DNA of 32,000 bases from Erysipelotrichaceae bacterium OH741_COT-311 (GTDB lineage Bacteria > Bacillota_I > Bacilli_A > Erysipelotrichales > Erysipelotrichaceae), in contig RQZE01000001.1 of assembly GCA_003858585.1 (NCBI GenBank), positions 90,001-122,000 of the forward strand. Direction: 5' to 3'. The notes beneath the pieces are model-generated. The model was not told the DNA's origin and searched no databases. It saw only the letters and a list, made by a program, of their open reading frames with translations. Position numbers and translations under genes: made by a program. Shown one piece after another: positions 1 to 8,656 of the stretch. The first letter of the stretch is position 1. Every line of letters starts with the position of its first letter.

Positions 1-1769
1 TTTTTAGCCAAGACATTGACATGTGATTTTCTTTGCTTCAACGTTAATTCTTTACTTTGTAAATTCTGTAAGTCTTGCAATGTATATAATCCTTTGGATA
101 ATGCTGAATTTAATAATTTTTTAAAAACATAAGATAAAACTTCAGCATCGTAGTCAGCTCTATGGGCAACATCGCGATTATATTCAACGGATAAGGATTT
201 CGCTAAAGAGCCTAAATTAAAACGCTTTTGATTTTCCAATAATGCTTTTGCTAATGGTAAAGTATCAATAACCGTATTTGTAAGTATTGGTTTATTTAAA
301 CGTTTTAGTGTTTCATTAATAAAATCTACATCAAACGTTGCATTATGAGCAACAAGAACTCGATTCTTAAATAATAACAGGATTTCATCCATAGCTTCTT
401 GTAAAGGTAATCCCTTTTCTACCATATCATCCGTAATGTTTGTTATACTTGTAATCTTATACGGAATACGAATTGGTGATTGAACAAAAAATTGTTTTGT
501 TTCAATGACAACTCCATCTTTATAAACCACTGCCCCAAATTCAATGATATGATCATAATAACTAGACAAACCTGTTGTTTCAATATCAAAGATACAGTAT
601 TCTACTTCTTCAAGATTTTCCTGAGTTGGATGATCAACAATCATCACTTCATTTTTAACCATATTCATTTCAACACCATACACCATTTTAAAGGTACGAT
701 CAGGATTATCTTTTAAAAGTTTTTTAACTGTACTTTGTGCTTTAGGGAAAGCCTGAACAACCATGTGATCGGTAATAGCCATCCCTTTATGACCCATCGA
801 AAAGGCATGTTTAATCAAATCAGAAACGTCATTAATCCCATCCATTTCCGATTTATTACTGTGAACATGAAATTCAACTCTTTTTAAATCTGCTGTATCC
901 ACAATCTTAGATTTTTCTTCCACCTCTTCAAAATGTCGAAACAAAAAAGAACGTTCATTGGAATATGCATCAAATAAATAACTTCCATAAAACATATACT
1001 TTTTATTAAGTTTTAAACGATCCACTTCTTCTAGTTTATCTAAAAAAATTTTTGCGATAAAAGCATCTGCTTCATCTTTCACATAACAAATCAAAATATA
1101 CTTATTATTCTTTGTTTCAATAATCTCCTGTTTAAAAATAATACCTTCTACTTTTATCTCTTTTATATCATTATCTTTTGGTAGATCTTGAATACTAAAT
1201 TGCTGATAGTGTTCCAATTTAGCCTTTCTGTATTTTATTTGTTGTATTACTGGTTCTTTTTTCTGAAAATCATCTAATTTTACTTCAAAAATTTTATCTA
1301 TTTTTTCTGAAACTTCTTTTTTAACTATTTTGACTTTTTCATGAATTCCACATGTCTTTAAATAAGCAACTAAATTATCTTTTTGTGAAATTACAGTTTC
1401 TAACTCAACTTCGTCAATACTTAATGTTATCACATCGTTCTCTACACAACAGATAACATCTTTCAAACCTTTTATATCATAATCTATAGAGAATCGATTA
1501 ATATATTGGATTAATTCTCCAAGTAAAAGTGTACGGTCATGATACGTCACAAAAACATTTACCTTCGCCATATTAAAACGTTCTTTTATGTCTGATTCTA
1601 TCAACTTATATAAGCGATATGGAAACATCGTTAAAGATTGAAAATAAATATCTAATACTTTACTTTTTTTATCAAAAACTACCCTCAACACTTCAACTTC
1701 TTCTAAAAAATCACTATACTCATTTATTATTCCTATTTTTAATATTTTATATAATTTTACGTCTTTCAT
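1..1769 (-). CDS. polC: DNA polymerase III alpha subunit, PolC type (N-terminal ~589 codons; the rest runs off the left edge)
   Basis: The minus-strand frame is open from ATG 1769-1767 to the window edge; it is missing from the ORF track only because there is no stop in the window. My translation is MKDVKLYKILKIGIINEYSDFLEEVEV... It contains the PHP motif RVEFHVHSNKSEMDGI...GHKGMAITDHMVVQAFPKA and the proofreading exonuclease motifs IFDIETTGLS and VLVAHNATFDVDFI, typical of Gram-positive PolC. Confidence 0.9.
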   Translation of the reverse strand, partial: MKDVKLYKILKIGIINEYSDFLEEVEVLRVVFDKKSKVLDIYFQSLTMFPYRLYKLIESDIKERFNMAKVNVFVTYHDRTLLLGELIQYINRFSIDYDIKGLKDVICCVENDVITLSIDEVELETVISQKDNLVAYLKTCGIHEKVKIVKKEVSEKIDKIFEVKLDDFQKKEPVIQQIKYRKAKLEHYQQFSIQDLPKDNDIKEIKVEGIIFKQEIIETKNNKYILICYVKDEADAFIAKIFLDKLEEVDRLKLNKKYMFYGSYLFDAYSNERSFLFRHFEEVEEKSKIVDTADLKRVEFHVHSNKSEMDGINDVSDLIKHAFSMGHKGMAITDHMVVQAFPKAQSTVKKLLKDNPDRTFKMVYGVEMNMVKNEVMIVDHPTQENLEEVEYCIFDIETTGLSSYYDHIIEFGAVVYKDGVVIETKQFFVQSPIRIPYKITSITNITDDMVEKGLPLQEAMDEILLLFKNRVLVAHNATFDVDFINETLKRLNKPILTNTVIDTLPLAKALLENQKRFNLGSLAKSLSVEYNRDVAHRADYDAEVLSYVFKKLLNSALSKGLYTLQDLQNLQSKELTLKQRKSHVNVLAK

Positions 1770-1876
1770 AAAATCACCAACCTATAACTATCTTACTACA
1801 TAAAAAATGAAATATAAGACTTGACTATTTATGTTTCATATACTTAATTCTATGTTAAAATTGTAGAGGTGATTTT

Positions 1877-2416
1877 ATGAAATGTATACATTGTAATTGT
1901 GACTTAAAGAGAAAAATTTCTCATCAATTCGAACACTTTCGTGTAGGACAAATTGAATGTCCAAAATGCAATAACAAGCAAAAACGTTATTTATCATTTA
2001 GCGATTTATTACTCTACACAACCATAAATAGTTTAATGAGTACATTAGGATTTGTTTTCATTATTTACTTATACCATAGTTATCCTATGAATTTAGGGTT
2101 AATAGTAAGTATCGTTTTACTATTTATTATTATGTATTTTGTCTTTAAATATTCTTCATATTATATATATGAAAAAGCACCTTTTAAGCAATCGATTAAA
2201 CATGTTGTTTTCCATGAAGATGCTACAGAGATAAGTAAGCGTTTAAAATTTCAATTAATTTTATTTATGATGGTCTCTGTTTCTATTGGAGTCAATCCTG
2301 ATTTGCTACTTATTTTCTTTTTCTTAATCTTTGGATTTATTGTAATTTATGCCTTTACAATTGGCCATCAATTAAAAAAAGAATATCAAGAAAGTAAAGA
2401 TAAGCATGAAGCATGA
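1877..2416 (+). CDS. Membrane protein with N-terminal CxxC...CxxC zinc ribbon and about 4 TM helices; function unknown
   Basis: 179-aa ORF with SD AGAGGTGA 4 nt before the ATG. Cys pairs are C3-x2-C6 and C28-x2-C31, followed by hydrophobic segments (LLLYTTINSLMSTLGFVFIIYLY, LGLIVSIVLLFIIMYFVF, LILFMMVSVSIG, LLLIFFFLIFGFIVIYAF). It resembles the CxxC-~20-CxxC membrane zinc-finger proteins of Firmicutes (from memory, unverified). Confidence 0.6.
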   Translation: MKCIHCNCDLKRKISHQFEHFRVGQIECPKCNNKQKRYLSFSDLLLYTTINSLMSTLGFVFIIYLYHSYPMNLGLIVSIVLLFIIMYFVFKYSSYYIYEKAPFKQSIKHVVFHEDATEISKRLKFQLILFMMVSVSIGVNPDLLLIFFFLIFGFIVIYAFTIGHQLKKEYQESKDKHEA

Positions 2417-3620
2417 TGTAGATAGATGCTTAAAATGTAAAAAGGCTCGATGTCAAATTGGTTGTCCTATTCAAACACCAATCCCCGAAGTCATTACGTT
2501 ATATTTAAATAATGAACTTGAACAAGCCGGTGCTTTACTATTTCATAATAATCCCTTGTCTTTAGTTTGTTCATTCGTATGTGATCATCAAAAGCAATGT
2601 TATGGAAATTGTATTTTAAATATGAAAAATCAACCAATTCCCTTTTATAAACTAGAGCAGGATTTATCCAAACGTTACTTAGAATCATTAAATCTCCAAG
2701 CTATATCAAAGAAAGAATCCATCGCAATTATCGGTGCAGGTCCAGCAGGTATTGTATCTGCTTTATTACTTGCTTTAGAGGGATATAAGGTTACACTATT
2801 TGAAAAAATGTCTAAAATTGGTGGTATGGTACAATATGGTATTCCTAATTTTCGTCTTGATAAATCCATATTGATGAATTATCAAAAATTATTAACACAA
2901 TTACATGTTGACATAAAGTTCAATACTGAAGTATTAGATGTAAATGAACTAAAGAATAATTATAGTGCTATTATATTGAGCACTGGCTTAGGTAATAGCA
3001 AAAAATTAGGTATTAAAGGTGAGCATCAACATCATGTCATCAGTGCAATCGATTATCTAAAAGATCCTGAACGTTATCCTGTGAAACATAAAAAAGTAAT
3101 TGTAATTGGTGCCGGAAATGTTGCCATGGATGCTGCTAGAACCGCTAAATTTTATGGAGGAGAAAGTTATATCTATTATCGTAAAACATTTGATGAAATG
3201 CCGGCAAGTAAGTTAGAGATTCAAGAAGCTATTCATGAGGGGGTACAATTTGAATTACTAAAAGCACCGATTGAAATTTTAGAATCAAGCATTGTATTTG
3301 CCAATTGTATGAATATAGAGGATGAATCAGGTATAATTAAAACCAAAATAATTCCACATAAAACAGAAACTGTAGATGTTGATTATATTATTTATGCCAT
3401 TAGTCAAACCCTAGATACAAACTTTGTAGATTCAAATTCACTTGTAATTAATAAACATATTCTTGATATAGATGAAACTATGATGACATCTATAGACGGA
3501 ATCTTTGCATGTGGTGATATTATAACCGGTCCTAAAACAGTGGTAGATGCTTCAAATACGGCAAAAGAAGTTGTAGGTCACGTGATAGAATATGTAAAGA
3601 AAAAAAGGAAATTCAGTTGA
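2406..3620 (+). CDS. Glutamate synthase small-subunit-like NAD(P)H-dependent Fe-S flavoprotein oxidoreductase (GltD / homotetrameric GltA / NfnB-SudA family)
   Basis: 404 aa. N-terminal Cys-rich Fe-S region (CLKCKKARCQIGCP ... CSFVCDHQKQCYGNC). Two Rossmann dinucleotide motifs (IAIIGAGPAGIVSA and VIVIGAGNVAMDAART) and the C-terminal FACGDI motif. The ATG overlaps the upstream ORF by 11 nt. Confidence 0.8.
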   Translation: MKHDVDRCLKCKKARCQIGCPIQTPIPEVITLYLNNELEQAGALLFHNNPLSLVCSFVCDHQKQCYGNCILNMKNQPIPFYKLEQDLSKRYLESLNLQAISKKESIAIIGAGPAGIVSALLLALEGYKVTLFEKMSKIGGMVQYGIPNFRLDKSILMNYQKLLTQLHVDIKFNTEVLDVNELKNNYSAIILSTGLGNSKKLGIKGEHQHHVISAIDYLKDPERYPVKHKKVIVIGAGNVAMDAARTAKFYGGESYIYYRKTFDEMPASKLEIQEAIHEGVQFELLKAPIEILESSIVFANCMNIEDESGIIKTKIIPHKTETVDVDYIIYAISQTLDTNFVDSNSLVINKHILDIDETMMTSIDGIFACGDIITGPKTVVDASNTAKEVVGHVIEYVKKKRKFS

Positions 3621-3640
3621 TTGAAATTTCCTTTTTATTT
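3606..3640. terminator. Bidirectional rho-independent terminator between convergent genes
   Basis: AGGAAATT...(loop)...AAATTTCCT stem, followed by TTTTATTTT on the plus strand and preceded by AAAAAA (a U-run for the minus-strand mglC transcript). Confidence 0.6.
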
Positions 3641-3654
3641 TGCTAAGTCTATTA

Positions 3655-4659
3655 TTATTTTTTCTTTGTATATTTTCGAATATCAATCGCAACCGCTACA
3701 ATAATTACAATACCTTGTACAATATATTGATATGATGTATTGATTTGTAAATACTGCATTGAAGTCTTCATTAATTCAAATACTAAAACCCCTACTAAAA
3801 TACCTTGAACTTTACCAACACCACCTGATGTAGAAACTCCCCCGATTGTACAAGCGGCGATGGCTTCAAGTTCATATCCTAACCCCAAGTTAACACTAGC
3901 TCCCCCAGCTTTTGAAGCAAGTAAGAATCCAGCCAGACCATACATAGTTCCAGCAAGTGCATAAATTTTTAACTTTGTAAAAACTGTATTTACACCACTT
4001 ACTTCAGCAGCATGTTCATTACCACCAATTGCATACATATACTTACCATAGCGTGTCTTGTTATATAAGAACCAGAAAATCAAGCCTACGATAATTGCAA
4101 TGATGAATAAATTTTTAAAGATACCGTAACCACCAGTAGCAATGGCTTTATAGTCATCTCTTAATCCACCAATTGGCTCTGCTTTTGAATATACTAAGTT
4201 AATACCATAAACAATTGTTTGCATCCCTAATGTTGCCAAAAATGGTGGAACATTTAGATATGAAATAACAAGTCCATTTAATAATCCAAAAAGCGCACAA
4301 ACTAATACAACAATTAATAATACTGCAACAATTGGAAGTTCTGGCAATGATTGCCACATACGATTTGAATATGTACTACTTTGTAATAATGTACTTGCTA
4401 AAACAGCACCTAATCCAACCAAACGACCAGCTGATAAATCTGTTCCTTTTGTAATTAAAGCTCCACTTACACCTAATGCAATCAAATAACGAGGTGCAAC
4501 GTTAATCGCAATGTTTTGAAAGTTTGACTCTGTAAAGAACCCTTTCTTTGTAATACTTACGAAAATTACAACTAAAGCAAGTAAGATTACAATTGCATTG
4601 TTCCCCATGAAGTTTAAAACATTATCTATTTTTTTAAAATCTAATTTTTTTGTATTCAT
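3655..4659 (-). CDS. mglC: Galactose/methyl-galactoside ABC transporter permease
   Basis: 334-aa polytopic membrane protein of the ribose/galactose ABC permease family (…TKGTDLSAGRLVGLGAV…), sitting in mglB-mglA-mglC order. SD GGGAG lies upstream. Confidence 0.85.
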   Translation of the reverse strand: MNTKKLDFKKIDNVLNFMGNNAIVILLALVVIFVSITKKGFFTESNFQNIAINVAPRYLIALGVSGALITKGTDLSAGRLVGLGAVLASTLLQSSTYSNRMWQSLPELPIVAVLLIVVLVCALFGLLNGLVISYLNVPPFLATLGMQTIVYGINLVYSKAEPIGGLRDDYKAIATGGYGIFKNLFIIAIIVGLIFWFLYNKTRYGKYMYAIGGNEHAAEVSGVNTVFTKLKIYALAGTMYGLAGFLLASKAGGASVNLGLGYELEAIAACTIGGVSTSGGVGKVQGILVGVLVFELMKTSMQYLQINTSYQYIVQGIVIIVAVAIDIRKYTKKK

Positions 4660-4670
4660 AAATAACTCCC

Positions 4671-6179
4671 TTACATATATTTAGTTGCAAGTTCCATAAT
4701 ATTTTCTTGCGTTGCATCTTGACTATCAACAAATCCGGAAATACGACCTTCACACATTACCATAATACGATCACTCATACCCATTAATTCCGGTAATTCA
4801 CTTGAAATCATAACAATGGATTTACCGGCCTTTGCCAACTCAGCAATAATTGTATAAATTTCATATTTTGCACCAACGTCAATACCTCTAGTTGGTTCAT
4901 CTAGAATTAAAATATTTGGATCATTTGCAAGCCAACGAGCAATGATAACTTTTTGTTGGTTACCACCGGATAAGGTTTGAATTTGTGTCTTATTATTTGG
5001 TGTTTTAATACTCATCTTCTTAACATTATCATTTACCAATGACTCAAGCTTACGATTATTTAAAACAAAATTATAATCCAAATACTTATCTAACGAAGCA
5101 ATACCAACGTTATCGCTAATACTTAATACCCCAAAAATACCAGTGGCACGTCGATCTTCCGTTAACAATGCAATTCCATTTTTTATAGCATCTCTTGGAC
5201 GCTTAATCTTAAGTTTTTTACCTTGATATATAACTTCTCCACTGACAGTATGACGCACACCAAAGATAGCTTCTACTAATTCTGTTCTTTGCGCTCCTAC
5301 CAGTCCTCCAATACCTAATATTTCACCCTTACGTAAATTAAATGAACAATCTTTAAATGACTTTGGATTAATTGAAGTAAAGTTTTTTACTTCTAAAACA
5401 ACTTCACCAGGAACATTTTCACGTTTCGGAAAGCGATTTGTTAATTCACGCCCAACCATCTTAGAAATAATTAAATCCGTTGTTAATTCTGATGCTTTCC
5501 ATGTACCAACGTAAGTACCATCACGCATGATTGATACCTCATCAGATATTTTTAAAATTTCTTCCATCTTATGAGAAATATAAATAATCGATACACCTTT
5601 CGATTTTAAATCAGCAATAATATCGAATAGTCCTTCTACTTCATTTTCTGTTAGTGAACTTGTAGGCTCATCCATGATAACTACTTTCGCATTAACAGAA
5701 ACCGCTTTGGCAATTTCAACCGATTGCATTTGTGATACAGATAAATTTCCTAATTTAATTCTTGGATTAAAATTTAACTTAACTTCCTTAAGTAATTTTT
5801 CTGTTTCTTGATACATTTTTGCATGATCCACAATTGATATTGGTCCAAATTTCTTCAATGGATAACGCCCACAAAAAATGTTTTCTGCAATACTACGTTC
5901 TAATATTGGTTGCAATTCCTGATGAACCATCGCAATCCCACGATGTAAAGCATCATTTGTATCTTTAATATGAACAGGTTGTCCATCAAATATAATCTCT
6001 CCCTCATCCATTTTATAAATACCAAACAAACATTTCATTAATGTTGATTTACCTGCACCATTTTCACCCATCAAAGCATGAACAGTTCCAGGTCTAATAT
6101 TTAATGAAACCTTATCTAAAGCCTTAACTCCAGGGAAGCTTTTACTTATATTTTTCATCTGTAAAATATAATCATTCAT
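4671..6179 (-). CDS. mglA: Galactose/methyl-galactoside ABC transporter ATP-binding protein (duplicated ABC domains)
   Basis: 502 aa with Walker A GENGAGKST, signature LSVSQMQ / LSGGNQQK and Walker B VIIMDEPT / ILILDEPT. This is the typical two-domain sugar ABC ATPase. Confidence 0.9.
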   Translation of the reverse strand: MNDYILQMKNISKSFPGVKALDKVSLNIRPGTVHALMGENGAGKSTLMKCLFGIYKMDEGEIIFDGQPVHIKDTNDALHRGIAMVHQELQPILERSIAENIFCGRYPLKKFGPISIVDHAKMYQETEKLLKEVKLNFNPRIKLGNLSVSQMQSVEIAKAVSVNAKVVIMDEPTSSLTENEVEGLFDIIADLKSKGVSIIYISHKMEEILKISDEVSIMRDGTYVGTWKASELTTDLIISKMVGRELTNRFPKRENVPGEVVLEVKNFTSINPKSFKDCSFNLRKGEILGIGGLVGAQRTELVEAIFGVRHTVSGEVIYQGKKLKIKRPRDAIKNGIALLTEDRRATGIFGVLSISDNVGIASLDKYLDYNFVLNNRKLESLVNDNVKKMSIKTPNNKTQIQTLSGGNQQKVIIARWLANDPNILILDEPTRGIDVGAKYEIYTIIAELAKAGKSIVMISSELPELMGMSDRIMVMCEGRISGFVDSQDATQENIMELATKYM

Positions 6180-6200
6180 AAATCGTACCTTCCTATCAAT

Positions 6201-6233
6201 AAAACTAAGTGTGCGTAAAACACACTTAGTTTT
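6201..6233 (-). terminator. Perfect 13-bp intra-operon stem-loop between mglB and mglA (partial terminator or mRNA stabiliser)
   Basis: AAAACTAAGTGTG-cgtaaaa-CACACTTAGTTTT. On the minus transcript the stem is followed by ATTGATAGG, so the U-run is mostly inside the stem. Confidence 0.5.
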
Positions 6234-6254
6234 AATTTAAATTTAATTTTTTAC

Positions 6255-7283
6255 TTATTCAGCAACAACTTTAACGTAATCAACCCAGTAATGAGATTCT
6301 AATTTTTCACCGTTTAATGCTTTGATAGCTACATCAACAGCTTGGTGAGATTGACCGATGTGGTCATTTAATACAGTACCTGTCATACCACCTGATTTAA
6401 CTAATTGTTGAACTTCTTCTAATGCGTCAACACCAACGATGTAGATGTCTTCTCCAACTTTTCTACCAGCTGCAGAGATTGCTTGAACAGCACCTAAAGC
6501 CATAGAGTCATTGTTTGAGAAGATAACTTCAACTTCGTTACCAAATTGAGTTAATGCAGATTGAGTAATTTCTTGACCTCTAGCTTGGTCCCAGTCACCA
6601 CGTTGGTTAACTAATTCTTTAACTTCTAATCCAGATTTTTCTTTGTATTGTGATACAGAGAATTCAGTTCTGTATTGAGCATCTACGTTTTCAGGGTCAC
6701 CAACAATCATAACGTAATTTAATACACCATCACCATTTAAATCCCCTTTGTTAGGTAAATCAGCAATGATTTCCCCTTGGAATTTACCAGATTGACGAGC
6801 ATCAGCACCTACGTAAGTATATTTACCTTCGTAATCAGTACCGTTGTATTTAGCCATATCTTCATTGCTTGGTTCACGGTTGATGAAGATACAAGGAATA
6901 TTAGCATCTTTACATTTATCAATTACTGTAGAAGCAGAAGTTGGTTGTACTAAGTTAATGATTAATACATCATATTGTTGAGCAATAAAGTTATCAATTT
7001 GGTTTGTTTGTTCAGCTTGGTCACCTTTACCATCTTGAACTGTTACATTGTATTTTACTGAATCTGTATTCAATGTTTTGAAATAATTTTCAATTTCAGC
7101 ACGATATAATGTCATGAAGTTATCGTCGAACTTATAAATTGAAACCCCTACATTTACTGTTTTTGTTTCACTACCTGATGTGCTAGGTGCTGTAGTTTCA
7201 GTTGTATCAGTCTTCTTGTTCGAACAAGCAGAGATTGATAAAGCCATTAAACCAGCAACTAATAAAGTTAATAGTTTTTTCAT
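6255..7283 (-). CDS. mglB: Galactose/glucose-binding lipoprotein of the ABC transporter
   Basis: 342 aa. Lipoprotein signal MKKLLTLLVAGLMALSISA/C. The mature part starts VGVSIYKFDDNFMTLYR, resembling E. coli MglB (IGVTIYKYDDNFMSVVR, from memory). SD GGAGGAG. Confidence 0.9.
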   Translation of the reverse strand: MKKLLTLLVAGLMALSISACSNKKTDTTETTAPSTSGSETKTVNVGVSIYKFDDNFMTLYRAEIENYFKTLNTDSVKYNVTVQDGKGDQAEQTNQIDNFIAQQYDVLIINLVQPTSASTVIDKCKDANIPCIFINREPSNEDMAKYNGTDYEGKYTYVGADARQSGKFQGEIIADLPNKGDLNGDGVLNYVMIVGDPENVDAQYRTEFSVSQYKEKSGLEVKELVNQRGDWDQARGQEITQSALTQFGNEVEVIFSNNDSMALGAVQAISAAGRKVGEDIYIVGVDALEEVQQLVKSGGMTGTVLNDHIGQSHQAVDVAIKALNGEKLESHYWVDYVKVVAE

Positions 7284-7304
7284 ATTCTCCTCCGTATGTA
7301 TACC

Positions 7305-7319
7305 ATGTATACGCTTACT
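7305..7319 (-). promoter_or_regulatory. Candidate cre / LacI-family operator over the predicted mgl transcription start
   Basis: Plus-strand ATGTATACGCTTACT matches the degenerate cre consensus WTGNAANCGNWNNCW at 14/15 positions. It holds one of only two CG dinucleotides in the 260-bp intergenic region and lies directly downstream of the predicted -10. Confidence 0.4.
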
Positions 7320-7348
7320 ATTTTGGATTAAGGTAAAAGTTTTGTCAA
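7320..7348 (-). promoter_or_regulatory. Putative sigma-A promoter of mglBAC
   Basis: Minus strand reads TTGACA (7348-7343) - 17 nt - CAAAAT (7325-7320). The -35 is perfect and the -10 is weak. Confidence 0.4.
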
Positions 7349-7492
7349 TAGATTTAATTAAAATTGTATATTTTTTTGTAAATTTTACTAAATTAAATAC
7401 ATTTTTAAAAGGCTTTCATTTTTCATAATACACCTATTTTATCCATTTTTTTTACTTTTTTTGCAATTTTAATAATATTTTTACTAATAGTA

Positions 7493-7522
7493 TTGAAAAA
7501 AATTAGTAAATTATTCTATTAT
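7493..7522 (+). promoter_or_regulatory. Putative promoter of the LacI-family regulator gene
   Basis: TTGAAA (7493-7498) - 18 nt - TATTAT (7517-7522), about 22 nt upstream of SD AGGAGG. Confidence 0.35.
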
Positions 7523-7544
7523 AGTATTGTAGGAGGATATTTGT

Positions 7545-8558
7545 ATGCCCATTTTAAAAGATATTGCAAGAGCTTGTAATGTATCAACTTCAACCGTTTC
7601 ACGTATTTTAAACTACGATTTAACTTTAAAAGTTCAAGAAAGTACAAGACAAGCTGTATTTGAAAAAGCCAAAGCACTTGGCTATGTAAAAAAGAAACGT
7701 AAGTCATCTATACTCAACAATAATTTTAAAGTTGGCATTATTCAATGGTACTCTATGGAAAAGGAACTCATTGACCCTTTTTATCTTTCCATACGTATTG
7801 GAGCTGAACACTATTTAGCAAGCAAAGGTACTGAAGTTCATCGTTTCTTTAAAGGAGAAGAAAACTTTAACTTTGATCAATTAGAAGGCTTAGATGCTAT
7901 TATCTGCATTGGTAAGTTTTCTAAAAGTGAGATTGTTAAATTCCGTAAAATTCAAGACCGCTTAGTCTTTGTAGATTTATATACACAACGCATTAATGTG
8001 ACATCAATCGTTTTAGATTTTGAAACAGCCGTTTATGATGTTTTAACCTACCTACAATCCCTTGGACACAATAAAATTGGATATCTTGGTGGTGTAGAGC
8101 GCCTATCTGATGATACCATTTATCCAAGTAAACGACGTAAATCATTTGAAGAATATTGTAAGCAAAATAACATTCAATATGAAAAATACATCTATGAAGA
8201 TGGCTTCTCCATTTCTTCCGGGTATCGTATGTGCAAAACTATGATTCAATCAAAGACGTTACCGGATGCTATTTTTTGCGGTAATGATCAAATTGCTTTT
8301 GGTGCCTTAAATGCCTTGCATGAAGCAGGCATTAGTGTACCAAAGGATATTAGTATTGTGGGATTCAATGACGATCAAAACTCTTTATTTACAACTCCAT
8401 CTCTTACCACTGTACATGCCCCAACAAATTTTATGGGTGAATTGGCTGCCAAGAAAATCTATGATTTCTTAAAATCAAAGAAATTTCATCCAACGCGTAC
8501 AGTACTTCCTTGTGAATTAGTCATTCGTAAGTCATGTGGTTCAAAATTAAAAATATAA
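7545..8558 (+). CDS. LacI/GalR-family transcriptional regulator
   Basis: 337 aa. N-terminal HTH ILKDIARACNVSTSTVSRILN, followed by a periplasmic-binding-protein-like sugar-binding fold (…IGYLGG…, …AIFCGNDQIAFGALNAL…). It is divergent from mglB and adjacent to galK. Confidence 0.85.
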   Translation: MPILKDIARACNVSTSTVSRILNYDLTLKVQESTRQAVFEKAKALGYVKKKRKSSILNNNFKVGIIQWYSMEKELIDPFYLSIRIGAEHYLASKGTEVHRFFKGEENFNFDQLEGLDAIICIGKFSKSEIVKFRKIQDRLVFVDLYTQRINVTSIVLDFETAVYDVLTYLQSLGHNKIGYLGGVERLSDDTIYPSKRRKSFEEYCKQNNIQYEKYIYEDGFSISSGYRMCKTMIQSKTLPDAIFCGNDQIAFGALNALHEAGISVPKDISIVGFNDDQNSLFTTPSLTTVHAPTNFMGELAAKKIYDFLKSKKFHPTRTVLPCELVIRKSCGSKLKI

Positions 8559-8566
8559 CAGTTACC

Positions 8567-8601
8567 AACTTCTACAGAGTTCTTGTAGAAGTTTTTTATT
8601 T
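8567..8601 (+). terminator. Rho-independent terminator of the regulator gene
   Basis: AACTTCTACA-gagttct-TGTAGAAGTT (10-bp stem) followed by TTTTTTATTTT. Confidence 0.75.
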
Positions 8602-8642
8602 TAAACTAAAAAACTTAACTCTTGATATTTAAGAATTAAGTT
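8602..8642 (-). terminator. Rho-independent terminator ending the ...rnc-galM-galK transcript
   Basis: Minus strand reads AACTTAATTCTT-aaatatc-AAGAGTTAAGTT (12-bp stem, 1 mismatch) followed by TTTTAGTTT. Confidence 0.6.
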
Positions 8643-8656
8643 TCATCCTTTGAAAA

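Noticed and set aside
480-716. A 78-aa plus-strand ORF, and the other short antisense or alternate-frame ORFs in the track (e.g. 2494-2688, 2675-2869, 7180-7428, 9697-9912, 11249-11502, 11781-12014, 12708-12995, 16911-17126, 21694-21981, 23395-23577, 24034-24288, 24622-24810, 28065-28313, 28577-28792, 28853-29035, 29899-30081, 30340-30531, 30984-31184).
   Set aside because: Each lies entirely within a long CDS that has clear family motifs. They have no SD, low-complexity or odd composition, and nothing recognisable. These are typical chance ORFs.
1770-1876. Promoters for polC and the divergent zinc-ribbon gene (TTGACT-N16-CTTAAT; TGTTAAAAT).
   Set aside because: TGTTAAAAT lies only 15 nt from the ATG and would cut off the SD. 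The other candidates match the consensus weakly. That is not enough support to list them as features.
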